Notes under the pieces: generated by a model
Databases searched by the model: none
Told to the model about the DNA's origin: nothing
The model's input: the letters and a program-made list of their open reading frames with translations, nothing else
Shown: positions 1 to 10,353 of the stretch, one piece after another
Numbering within the stretch: position 1 is the stretch's first letter
How the letters are laid out: each line of letters begins with the position of its first letter
Assembly: GCA_024704765.1 (NCBI GenBank)
Contig: JAKMXF010000222.1
Span: 1,368,400-1,432,399, forward strand
DNA length: 64,000 bases
Direction: 5' to 3'
Source: Oopsacas minuta
Taxonomy: Eukaryota; Animalia; Porifera
Translations under genes and position numbers: made by a program

Positions 1-687
1 AGAATTAGCATAGTCGAAATATATAAAGTATACCAGATTAGTAACATTCGATTATGTAATTGCTCTTACAGGTTCATTTGAAATTGTGGCTAAATTTGGA
101 AATCATGAAGCCGCAATTTTCCTATAAATATTTTGCATCTTTGATGAAGAAATTTTACAGCTTCTAGGGTCTCAATCGCTTAGATATTTTAAATTAGAAT
201 CATTTAAACAATATAAAATGAAAAGAAACCATCAAATACGGAATCAATTTTTGTCTATTCTTTGCTTCTAAACCACTGTGTACTTCCTCCTGATAAAGTG
301 CGACCAGCATACATTTAGCGCCACAGGATCCTACACTACTCACTATTTTATGAAATTCTTTACATACATTCGTACACTGTAAAACACTCCACATGTAACC
401 TTAATGCTAACCTGTGCTTCGTCAATTGTCCTGCAATGATATTACAAGATTCTTATGTATTGTACTAATTGTAGCCTAGACCGAGTAGGCAGATTTGTAG
501 CCTAGTAAATTGCTTCAGGTGTAGGCAGCTGGTAGATAAAATGATGGTATCTTATTTAATGAATTGTCATTCTTATAATCTCTATCCAAATATTATTATT
601 TCTCGAATAGTAAAGTTAATATATAGTAATTACAGCTAATTATCCTTAATTCATAAGCTATGTCAGCACCCAATGTAGCTATACGTA

Positions 688-1183
688 TGCTAAGGGAGAT
701 GTTGACATTTGGAACATGGTAACATCTACCGCGGGAGATGTTGACATTATTGGTTTATGCATCTTCTAAATATTGTTCTTACTAGAAAAGATACACAAGA
801 CTCACCAATGTATTGACTTCACTTTGATCTAGTGAAACTTTTGCCATCATTTTAACTAATTAACCGCAAAGAAAACAACACATATTTGTTGACAAACTAT
901 TTGATAAATACTTACTACCTACTACTTACAGATAATCGACTGTCAGACATGTAATGGAAGGTTTACGAAAGGATTGGGTATTTTCACTAAACATATCATT
1001 TAAATATTTTCCCCTGTTGGAAATACATATATATTTCGTGACTGACGGTGCTATCCGTACCGCCTTTGAATTTTGCGTTTCAGAAGCCATGAAATGGCAT
1101 TTAGGGAAATGTATAAACCAATAATGTTAACATCTCCCGCGGTAGATGTTAACATGTTCCAAATATCAACATCTCCCTTAGCA
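688..1183. mobile_element. MITE-like element with ~70-bp terminal inverted repeats
   Basis: 688-758 (tgctaagggagatgttgacatttggaacatggtaacatctaccgcgggagatgttgacattattggtttat) is the near-perfect reverse complement of 1113-1183. No ORF inside. An 8-bp direct repeat tagctata flanks it at 676-683 and 1190-1197. Related sequence recurs at ~48730-48780 and ~49130-49158. Confidence 0.75.
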
Positions 1184-1199
1184 CTTATATAGCTATATA

Positions 1200-1385
1200 C
1201 AGTAGAACTCGGATAAGACGTACCCCCTCGGGAAACAGAAATTAGTACGTCTTAACCAAGTGTACGTCTTATCCGAATATGTTTGCATTACAAATAATGA
1301 TGACTGATATTTTGGGATATAAGAAATAGTACGTCTTAACCGAGTGTACGTCTTAAGCCGAGTACGTCTTATCCGAGTTCTACTG
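1200..1385. mobile_element. pogo/Tigger-like (Tc1/mariner superfamily) MITE
   Basis: Perfect 24-bp TIR cagtagaactcggataagacgtac / gtacgtcttatccgagttctactg with TA on both flanks. The motif gtacgtctta is repeated internally. Degenerate relatives at ~15449-15580 and ~62958-63085. Confidence 0.9.
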
Positions 1386-1410
1386 TATATATATATATAT
1401 ATATATATAT
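1386..1410. repeat. (TA)n microsatellite
   Basis: About 12 TA units directly after the MITE right TIR. Confidence 0.9.
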
Positions 1411-2274
1411 GTTATACCTAGCAACTTAGGTTGATACGTACATTAAATCCTAATTTATATTTCATGTTACTTGTCTGAATTATTGCATTCAAAATACCAT
1501 ATACCAGAAATCCTTCCCTTAACAACGAACAAACAGACAGGCAAAATACAATTTTATAATATAGATTTATAAGATTATTGATTAAAATCATTTTGGAGGT
1601 GTACAGAGATTTTGGCCAATGTACAGGGGGAAATGGGAGCTCGGCACATGGATGCAACTTAAATAGGTTGGCAGGTATTCTAGCTACCCCCCCCCTGTAT
1701 ATAACCCTCTTCAACTAATTGGGGAATTGTTTAACTTTGCCTGGGAAATGACCTAGCTAACATGCAACACTACACAAATAGACGGTCTACAAATATGGCT
1801 ATTCTTTTATGATTAAGATAATATCAAAAGTATTATGTGCTCTTTATTTGTTATAGGTAAAGCATGCAAGCGTGTCAACATACAAATTTGGGAGTTTTTC
1901 ACTTCAACATACGGGGGAGGGCCTACAATCATCATCCCCTCTACCAGATACCAATAACCAGGTATCTGTGGGCATACACACCAATGAGATGCACTGGATT
2001 AACTAAATGTTTTATTTTAGTATCATTCAGAATTCTACCAGGTTCTAAGCATTGTAAATAATTCACTGTTGTAGCTAGAATTAATTGAGTGGTTTTGATA
2101 TGGTTTTCTGTCAACAATGTTTATACTGGATTATCCCAGTTTTGAATTATATGATAATGCGTATTATAATTATTTCTAAACTATATTTGAGAATATTTTA
2201 ATTCAAAGTTGCAATAAGTAATTGAATATTTCATTAATATATTCTTCTTCATTGGATTACTATTAGATTATTAC

Positions 2275-5200
2275 ATGAGTAATGTAATGATAGAAACTAA
2301 ACGGAAATATACAGCACTTGAGTTAGATGAAGAACCTGTATCTAAGATGGATTCTTCTAACGACACAATGATTAGTAGAGATTCTCAAGATGATGCTCCT
2401 AACTCAATCCATTCCCCACATCTACTAAGTGACCCTATCGAGTCTAACCTAGATGAAGAAGGGTATTCACGTGTACACTTATTAGCTCAGGATTGGAATA
2501 GGGAAATGTTTGAACAGATCCTGGAGAGTGGAGTAGATATAAATCTTAGGACTAAGAAACAACTTCTGACTCCCCTGATGATAGCAGTACAAGCTCAGAA
2601 TACAGAAGCTGTAGATTTCATACTTGCTAACGGCGGAGGAATAAATGACACTGATGTATTCCAAAACTCCTCTCTACATAAAGCTGTAGCAGTAGGTTTT
2701 ATTCCTATCCTACAAACTCTTGCTAATCAAGGAGCTGATCTCAATGCTCAGAACAGGAACGGAACTACTCCACTAATCTCTGCAGCTAAGAACCAGCAGG
2801 GTGGAGCTCTTAGTATTCTGCTTAATTATGGAGCTGCTGTAGAACTCACTGATCATGGAGGTTACACTGCTCTGTGTTACGCAGCATGGAGAGGTCTGCT
2901 GGTTAGCAATCTACTTGGCTATAATGCTAATGTCAATGTGAAGAGTTTGTTTGGATTCACTCCGCTGCTCCTAGCAACAGAAGAGGGTCATTGTCATATA
3001 GTGAAAGAGCTGCTAGCACACGGAGCTGATATTAACGCTTACAACCGGTACCATAACACAGCATTACATTACGCAGTAAACACCGGAAATATAGAGATGA
3101 TATCTATCCTACTGGAAAATGGCATTAACATCAAAATAGCTAATAATGAAAGTAAGACAGCATTCCGTCTGATTAACAGACAGAACGTCCTGCTTAAGAT
3201 GCTGGAGAAGGGAGTACTGCCTGATAACCCTGGTCAATACGGTCTGCTACACTCAGCAGCAGAGAATGGATTTCTTAATGAGATATGCACTATGTTGGAG
3301 AGTGAGATAGATGTAGACGTTAAGGATGATAATGGTTACACTCCTCTAATGCTAGCTGCTAACAGAGGTCGTGTGGATGTAGTGGAGCTGTTCTACAGGA
3401 ACAGAGCTGATGTTAATGTACGTTCTAACCGCGGATGGACTGCTATCATGCTTGCTACCAAAAATAACGACAGACGGATGATAAGTCTTCTCTTGCAGAA
3501 CGGAGCTATCCTAGCTGGCTCAGCTCTAACTAATATGATTAATCAAGATGAGAAGGAGGCATACACTATAGAAACTGATGTGTTTGGTATAGCAGAGAGT
3601 GAAGAGCTATGTCAGTTTATTATAGCAGAGATGGAAGAGAATCTCACTGCTAATCCAAACCCTCGCATACCTCTATATGGGTTGATTACCAAACACTACT
3701 GGGATCTTGTTAAGTATTGTCTCAATAAGCAGATATCATTCCAACCAGAAGAACTGACAATATCTGTTGAGATATTGCAGCAGGATGTTAACTGTGTATT
3801 GCCATATGAAGAAGGGTATAAGAAGTTTCGTCGTAACGTCGTTCGTTCTATTTGGGAATTCTGTAATGATGAAATAATAAATTCTCTCCCGATTAAAATG
3901 TGGATATCTAACCACATGAAAGAGTATGGTAATATAATTTTATGTACGAAGTTACTTCTCTATACGATATTCGTTATAACTCTTGGATTCTTGTTTTTCT
4001 CTCCTCTACACATCCCTACAGTAACTAATCTCACCAATACTCCTCTCAGCAGTGTGCATTTGATAGCAGAGCTGTTTGTAGCTGTCTACTGGTTTGCTTC
4101 TATCATATCTAGTATTATTAGGTTTGTATTCACGTATAAACGTTACTGGGATGTTCTAATATTGAGCTTATTCTCACCTCTAGCGATGGGCAGGTATATG
4201 TTCAAAGCATCGCTTATAATCACTGGTATTTTTGTTGCACTCCCGTTCCATTTGATAAAGCTATTCTGCATTACTCCGTGTAAGAGTATCCGTGTCCGTA
4301 ATCGTACCAGATATCAGAGAGATAAATTCAGGAGAACATTCTGGAGAGAGTTCTTAAGACAGTTGACAAGAACATCATCACTATTATTCACTGGAGTTCT
4401 TCTGAATGAACTAAAGATTGATATGCTCATTGATCCCCACGGTGAAAAGGTAGGGAAATATCGTATTCTTAAAGCCCATCTTTATTTGCGTTTCTTTGTG
4501 CTTGTTACTTCATTCTTCAAATTCTTCAGTAGTATTTATAATCTGCTAGGATTCTTTACTAATATCTGTCTGTTTGGTTATTTTATTCTAAGAATCTCGA
4601 GTCGAGATGATTGGTGGATATTTGCTTCTCCAACATTCCTATTTGCTTCTCTTAACATTCTCCATTATCTCTCTATCTCTTTCCTCGGAGTATATATTTA
4701 TGTTATTTTCAGGATGTTAACACATGATCTGCTTAGGTTTTCTTTGCTCTTCTTGATTGTTCTTATTTCATTTACAGGGAGCTTCTTCATAGCAATACTG
4801 GGGCCGGTTTATGGGAATAATACCATTGCTTACTCATCGAATAACTGCTCTCCTTTCTTGCTATACCCCTGGTATAACGTGTTTCTTACTGGGCTCAGGA
4901 TTCTATCCGAGCGATCGAATATTCTAGAATGTGCGTTCTTTAACAATTTCGTTAATGGTTGGGCAGTTTTCATATTGTTCCTATTTCTCTTCTTTTCTCT
5001 CGTGTTGATCACTAACATACTGGTTGCACAATTCGTATACACCTACTCAGAAGCCCGCTCTACCGCTCAGATAGCTGTCATATCTAAACAGCTGGAGTTC
5101 TTAATTGATATCCAGGAGCATTCAATCTTCAGTTTGTTTGATTGGAAGAAATATTGTTTCGTAAGAACACTGAGTATCAGTAAGGAACACTTAAAGGTTG

Positions 5201-5535
5201 ATTTTCCCCTTGATTACAAGGATTTGTACAGAGAGGAATCTCTGAACACTTTAGCAACTATCAATGAGAAGTTAGTACAGCATGAAGCCTATCAGAAGAA
5301 ATATTTCTCTCATATGCGAAGTGAAACTCATAAACAACTAGATACACATATGAATGAAATGAAACAGAGCTTTTTACAAAATCAACAATCTCTTGAACTC
5401 GAGCTCAAAAGACAAAAAGATTTCTTAGAGAAGGAACTCTGTCCTCTCATAAATAATATGAGAAATGGTTCTATTGATGATAACTCTAAAAATTCTCCCG
5501 TCTATAGAACTGGAGAGATATCAGCTAGCAACTAA
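2275..5535 (+). CDS. Ankyrin-repeat TRP cation channel (TRPV/TRPA-like), 1086 aa, single exon
   Basis: About 11 ankyrin repeats (e.g. GFTPLLLATEEGHCHIVKELLAHGADIN). These are followed by a multi-TM region with S5-like FRMLTHDLLRFSLLFLIVLISF, a pore helix, S6-like LVLITNILVAQFVYTY and a C-terminal coiled coil. Confidence 0.8.
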   Translation: MSNVMIETKRKYTALELDEEPVSKMDSSNDTMISRDSQDDAPNSIHSPHLLSDPIESNLDEEGYSRVHLLAQDWNREMFEQILESGVDINLRTKKQLLTPLMIAVQAQNTEAVDFILANGGGINDTDVFQNSSLHKAVAVGFIPILQTLANQGADLNAQNRNGTTPLISAAKNQQGGALSILLNYGAAVELTDHGGYTALCYAAWRGLLVSNLLGYNANVNVKSLFGFTPLLLATEEGHCHIVKELLAHGADINAYNRYHNTALHYAVNTGNIEMISILLENGINIKIANNESKTAFRLINRQNVLLKMLEKGVLPDNPGQYGLLHSAAENGFLNEICTMLESEIDVDVKDDNGYTPLMLAANRGRVDVVELFYRNRADVNVRSNRGWTAIMLATKNNDRRMISLLLQNGAILAGSALTNMINQDEKEAYTIETDVFGIAESEELCQFIIAEMEENLTANPNPRIPLYGLITKHYWDLVKYCLNKQISFQPEELTISVEILQQDVNCVLPYEEGYKKFRRNVVRSIWEFCNDEIINSLPIKMWISNHMKEYGNIILCTKLLLYTIFVITLGFLFFSPLHIPTVTNLTNTPLSSVHLIAELFVAVYWFASIISSIIRFVFTYKRYWDVLILSLFSPLAMGRYMFKASLIITGIFVALPFHLIKLFCITPCKSIRVRNRTRYQRDKFRRTFWREFLRQLTRTSSLLFTGVLLNELKIDMLIDPHGEKVGKYRILKAHLYLRFFVLVTSFFKFFSSIYNLLGFFTNICLFGYFILRISSRDDWWIFASPTFLFASLNILHYLSISFLGVYIYVIFRMLTHDLLRFSLLFLIVLISFTGSFFIAILGPVYGNNTIAYSSNNCSPFLLYPWYNVFLTGLRILSERSNILECAFFNNFVNGWAVFILFLFLFFSLVLITNILVAQFVYTYSEARSTAQIAVISKQLEFLIDIQEHSIFSLFDWKKYCFVRTLSISKEHLKVDFPLDYKDLYREESLNTLATINEKLVQHEAYQKKYFSHMRSETHKQLDTHMNEMKQSFLQNQQSLELELKRQKDFLEKELCPLINNMRNGSIDDNSKNSPVYRTGEISASN

Positions 5536-5768
5536 TAATGTTATATATTTGTTTAATCAGCTGTTTATTTGTATATATTCGTATTTTCTGTTTTAAGCCT
5601 TTTTATTAACAAGCTTTTGAATCTGTGTTTGTGTACATACGTACGTATTTATATTTTTTGAATTAGAACTGAATACTATTTGTTATAGATAAATTCTGAT
5701 ATTATTACAAATATGGTCCCGAACCACCCCAAACCGTCAAGGTAACATAAATTACACCATTTATATAG

Positions 5769-5838
5769 AACTCTGCTTGCTTTTATATTGAAGTAATTAT
5801 CGCAGTCCCTTAAGCTTCGATATAACGGGAGTTAACTG
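5769..5838 (-). mobile_element. Partial Tigger-like MITE (cagtYaaYtcccgttatatcgaa family)
   Basis: Reverse complement cagttaactcccgttatatcgaagcttaagggac matches the left end of the element at 60731 and the fragment at 36097. TA flank present. Confidence 0.6.
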
Positions 5839-6218
5839 TAATTTTTCCACCTAATTATTCTAGTCTACCTCTATCAAGTTGCTATTAACCTTTGAGATAT
5901 CTTGAATTAGTGATGACTTCAAGATTTGTAACTGTTATCAAAGCAAATTATTAATTAATTAAATCTGATTACATATTTGCCTGATTAAAGACATGTTATG
6001 TTGTATTCCATATTAGACTTAATCTGTCAACAGATGGATGATGCATAGATTAATCTGGTCACTTGAGCGACCTATATGATGATTTTATTGACTGTTATCG
6101 TGATAATAGATCGATTTATTTAATATCATTCTCAATTATGTGCGTAAACATTAGTAAATTCAGCGTTATTGGAGCATCCAGTGAGGATTCTGAGGGGAAT
6201 TTCTAGAAATTGAGTTTA

Positions 6219-6896
6219 CCGTATTTCTCTGAATAAGCGCCTACCCAGACTAGTAAATGAAAATATATTTTATCCCCTCCCTGGAATACTTTACACCTGA
6301 TTTCACTATGAAACCAATTGGTATACGGTAGATCCTGCTTAATATCATACCTCACGTGTACGAGGTATTATGACATTACCCTGGTTATTCTATAATCCGG
6401 GAAGTAAGTTTCCCGTTTAGTGTTATACTTCTTCTGGGAATATGACATTATTATCGGGATAATCTAGCATGTATGTATGCATGTGCTATGTGCTATCTAC
6501 GTGTTCAGTACTACTAAATAGCAATACATGTAGACATAACTGTATGCAAACGAGTTTGTTCACACTGGTCACTTATGCACAGTATATTTCCACGTGTTTT
6601 TTCTAATAGATTTCTATAATTCACTTTAAATTATATGATATTATCCGGGAATGTTACCAAATGTGACTACATTTTTATGACAATATCCTGGATATGACAT
6701 AACGCGATATGACAATAAATGAGTTTTTGGTAGAAGAAGTAACGAGAATGGTTTGGGATTTAAATTTTTTATGATAATAATCGGGATCTACTGTAATCAA
6801 ATATTATTAGGTTGTTATTCATAAAACTCACGAAAACATTATACCAAATAAAGCCACGAAAGAAATACGCGTTGGCGCTTATTCAGTACAATACGG
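6219..6896. mobile_element. Tc1/mariner-type MITE (outer element of a nested pair)
   Basis: TIRs ccgtatttctctgaataagcgcc (6219-6241) and ggcgcttattcagtacaatacgg (6874-6896), with 2 mismatches. TA on both flanks. Confidence 0.75.
6326..6793. mobile_element. MITE nested inside the 6219-6896 element
   Basis: 24-bp imperfect TIR cggtagatcctgcttaatatcata versus reverse complement cagtagatcccgattattatcata (4 mismatches). TA at 6324-6325 and 6794-6795. Confidence 0.6.
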
Positions 6897-7680
6897 TATT
6901 TATTATTTTGATCCATTCTGAGTATCGGCAATTTTACTGAAACTATTCAATTTCACACTTCTTGTACATATATATGATACTGTCATAGTCTGGTTCCACT
7001 TCCTGAAATTTGGCGGTGTTAACACCCTATTTCTAGCTCACTTTCAAGATTTGGAACCAAACTATCAGTACCGTGGTTATTTATTGAGGGGTATATGTAT
7101 TTTACCCAATTTGTCATCTAATTATACACTCCAAAAATGAGTAATATCCTAACTTATACCAATATTGAATGTTTTATCTCTTAAATTTAGCACATTTTTA
7201 GTTTCAATATTGAAGGTTTCAAATTATCTGGAATCAAAAAATCCGAATTAGTACAACATGACACCTTACAATATCGGAACTGTAAACGTTGCAAAATTTA
7301 AATGGGGGACCATTTGGCCCAGAACATGTGTAAAACATGTTTCTTCCCAAACTAATTCACTAATCTCTCGGAGTCCCCTATCAGTTGTCATCTTACTACC
7401 TAACGACCGATGGCTGTATGTCAATAGAATTGAGTTTACAGTGATATTTCATCTCACTTTAACTAATGCCACATACATAGGATACAATACTTTTCTTTGT
7501 GTTTCCATGATTCATATCATGAAGCCAGCGTCTGTCATTTCATTACAGGGTTATTACACTTTACTGTTACCTCTTGCATTTCTTTATAATTTAAGTTTAA
7601 TCATTTCTCAATTTCCTATTCAAAAGTTCTGCAAACATTTTAATCATCTTTTCCCATTAACTTTGATACAACATAGCTCA

Positions 7681-10353
7681 ATGCCATTGAAACTAGATAT
7701 AAAGCAACAATTCTTAGCTCGCTCTGACAGAGTAAAATGTGTAGACTTACATCCTAAAGAACCATGGATGTTGGTTGCTCTCTACAATGGTAATGTCCAC
7801 ATATGGAATCATGAGACTCAACAAGTACAGAAGTCATTTGAAGTATCAGATGTACCAGTAAGAGCTTGTTGTTTCGTAGTTCGTAAATCCTGGATAGTGA
7901 CGGGGTCAGATGACATGATGCTACGTGTGTATAATTATAACACTATGGAGCGGGTGCAGAGTTGGGAGGGACACTCTGATTACATCCGGTGTATATTATC
8001 ACACCCTACCCTCCCATACATAATCACCAGCAGTGATGATCTCTCCATAAAGTTATGGGACTGGGACAAGTCTATGAATCAGGTACAGAGTCTAGAAGGT
8101 CACAGTCATTACGTCATGCAGATAGCACTCAATCCTAAAGACAATAACACATTTGCTAGTGCTAGTCTAGACAAGACTGTCAAAGTATGGCAGCTGGGTT
8201 CTAGCAGTGCTAACTTCTCTCTAGAGGGACATGATAAGGGCGTTAATTCCGTGGACTACTTTCAGGGGGGAGACAAGCCCTATCTGGTATCAGGAGCAGA
8301 TGACCGTACAGTCCGTGTGTGGGACTATCAAAACAAGAGTTGTGTACAGGTGTTGGAGGGCCATCTAGAGAATGTTACCCTCGTTTCATTCCATCCAGAG
8401 TTGCCTCTAATCGTGAGTGGAGGGGAGGATGGGTCTCTACGCTTCTGGCATTCCAGCACCTACCGTCTGGAGACTAATGTGAACTACGGACTAGACCGCA
8501 TCTGGTGTGGAGGAATGCTTAAAGGCTCTAACTCTATTGCTGTGGGGTATGATGAAGGGTCTATGATACTTAGAGTAGGGCGTGAGGAACCTGCGATGTC
8601 TATGGACATCACAGGTAACGGGAAGTTAATGTGGGCTAAACACTCAGAGGTTATGCAGGCTAATATGAAGGCAGGAACACTTGAGTTGAAGGATGGAGAG
8701 CGTATTCAGCTTGCAGCAAAGGACTTAGGTAGTTGTGAGATATATCCACAGACTCTACAGCATAATCCTAACGGTAGATTTGTGGTAGTCTGTGGAGACG
8801 GAGAGTACATTATATACACAGCTATGGCTCTACGTAACAAACAGTATGGATCTGCTCAGGAGTTTGTATGGGCAGCTGATGCTTCTGAGTATGCTATTAG
8901 AGATATGGGGAAGGTTAAAATATTCAAGAACTTTGAAGAGAGGAACATATTTAGACCCCAGCAGCAGTGTGAGGGGATATTTGGAGGGACCCTGTTGGGA
9001 GTTAAGAGTAAGGGTAGTCTCAGTTTTCATGACTGGGAATCTCTGGAGCTGATCAGACGTATTGAGATATCAGTTAAGAATGTGTTCTGGAATGAATCAG
9101 GCACTCTTGTAGCTATTACAGACGCTGATAGTTTCTATGTACTACAGTATAATGCTGATGTAGCTAATACAGCTCTACAAAGTCAAACTAACATAGATGA
9201 AGATGGAGTTATAGACTCTCTGGATATTCTAGGAGAGACACAGGATCACATCAGGGCTGGGAGATGGGTGGGGGACTGTTTTATATATACGACTAATCAC
9301 AACAGACTCAATTACTACGTGGGAGGAGAGATTGTTACCATCTCACACTTAGATAGAGTTATGTACATATTAGGTTACATTCCTAAGACCAATCGTCTCT
9401 ACCTGGGAGACAAGGAATGTTCTATTGTATCATACTCTCTCCCTCTATCGGTCTTGGAGTACCAGACAGCTATCATGAGGAAGGATCATAGAGCTGCTGC
9501 ACAGATACTACCGTCTATCAGAGAAGATCAGAGGACACGTGTAGCTCACTTCTTAGACAAACAAGGTCTCAAGGAACAAGCATTAGTTGTATCTACTGAT
9601 CCAGATCATAAATTTGATCTCTCCCTGCAGCTGAAGGAGACCAGAGTAGCGTTTGAATTAGCTGAGCAGGCAGATAACCAGGATAAATGGAAACAGCTGT
9701 CAGAACTAGCTCTTAGCAAATGTGAATTTAACCTAGCGCGTAACTGTATGCTGAGAGCAGGTGATTATCCTAGTCTATTGCTGTTAGCTACATCTGCAGG
9801 GGATAGAGAGTTGTTGGAGCAAGTTGCTGATTTAGCTATGAATGCAGGACAAACTAATATTGCATTCACTTGCTTCATAACATTAGGAGAAATACAGAAG
9901 TGTGTTAATCTGCTCTGTGATTCTGGACACTATCCAGAGGCTAGCTTTATGGCACACACTTATCTACCCAGTGAGACATGTAATGTTGTAGACCAGTGGG
10001 TTCAGTCAGTAGGAACAATTAATACAAAAGCAGCAGAGAGTATAGCTGATCCTGTCAAGTATGAGAACTTATTTCCTGACTATCAACAAGCTCTAAAAGC
10101 ACAAACTGTATTCTCTTCAGAACACTCTGCTACACCTGCAGATAACTACTCTAACCTACCTCTTAATATCAACCGAAACCTCTTGAATGAGTTAGAACAA
10201 TTAAACCCAGCTAAAAGTGCAGATGCAGACGTTCCTATCAAAGATGCAGATATAGAATTTGATGATCTGGATTTGTTAGACGGGGATGTCGGGAATGATC
10301 TAACAGCTGATGATCTTAATCTGGGAGATGAAGATCTCCTCAAAGATGATTGA
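7681..10353 (+). CDS. COPB2: Coatomer subunit beta' (COPI), 890 aa, single exon
   Basis: Starts MPLKLDIKQQFLARSDRVKCVDLHPKEPW (canonical beta'-COP N-terminus), then WD40 repeats, ALRNKQYGSAQEFVW, an alpha-solenoid and an acidic tail. The real ATG is 7681, not the ORF-track start at 7258. Confidence 0.97.
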   Translation: MPLKLDIKQQFLARSDRVKCVDLHPKEPWMLVALYNGNVHIWNHETQQVQKSFEVSDVPVRACCFVVRKSWIVTGSDDMMLRVYNYNTMERVQSWEGHSDYIRCILSHPTLPYIITSSDDLSIKLWDWDKSMNQVQSLEGHSHYVMQIALNPKDNNTFASASLDKTVKVWQLGSSSANFSLEGHDKGVNSVDYFQGGDKPYLVSGADDRTVRVWDYQNKSCVQVLEGHLENVTLVSFHPELPLIVSGGEDGSLRFWHSSTYRLETNVNYGLDRIWCGGMLKGSNSIAVGYDEGSMILRVGREEPAMSMDITGNGKLMWAKHSEVMQANMKAGTLELKDGERIQLAAKDLGSCEIYPQTLQHNPNGRFVVVCGDGEYIIYTAMALRNKQYGSAQEFVWAADASEYAIRDMGKVKIFKNFEERNIFRPQQQCEGIFGGTLLGVKSKGSLSFHDWESLELIRRIEISVKNVFWNESGTLVAITDADSFYVLQYNADVANTALQSQTNIDEDGVIDSLDILGETQDHIRAGRWVGDCFIYTTNHNRLNYYVGGEIVTISHLDRVMYILGYIPKTNRLYLGDKECSIVSYSLPLSVLEYQTAIMRKDHRAAAQILPSIREDQRTRVAHFLDKQGLKEQALVVSTDPDHKFDLSLQLKETRVAFELAEQADNQDKWKQLSELALSKCEFNLARNCMLRAGDYPSLLLLATSAGDRELLEQVADLAMNAGQTNIAFTCFITLGEIQKCVNLLCDSGHYPEASFMAHTYLPSETCNVVDQWVQSVGTINTKAAESIADPVKYENLFPDYQQALKAQTVFSSEHSATPADNYSNLPLNINRNLLNELEQLNPAKSADADVPIKDADIEFDDLDLLDGDVGNDLTADDLNLGDEDLLKDD

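Noticed and set aside
1-470. 64-aa minus-strand ORF and flanks
   Set aside because: No recognisable motif, and all frames are interrupted by stops.
1624-1697. TA|caggggg ... ccccctg|TA mini inverted repeat
   Set aside because: The match is only a homopolymer run, too short to call an element.
7258-7680. 141-codon in-frame extension upstream of COPB2
   Set aside because: Not homologous to beta'-COP. The canonical MPLKLD start at 7681 is preceded by an acceptor-like AG.
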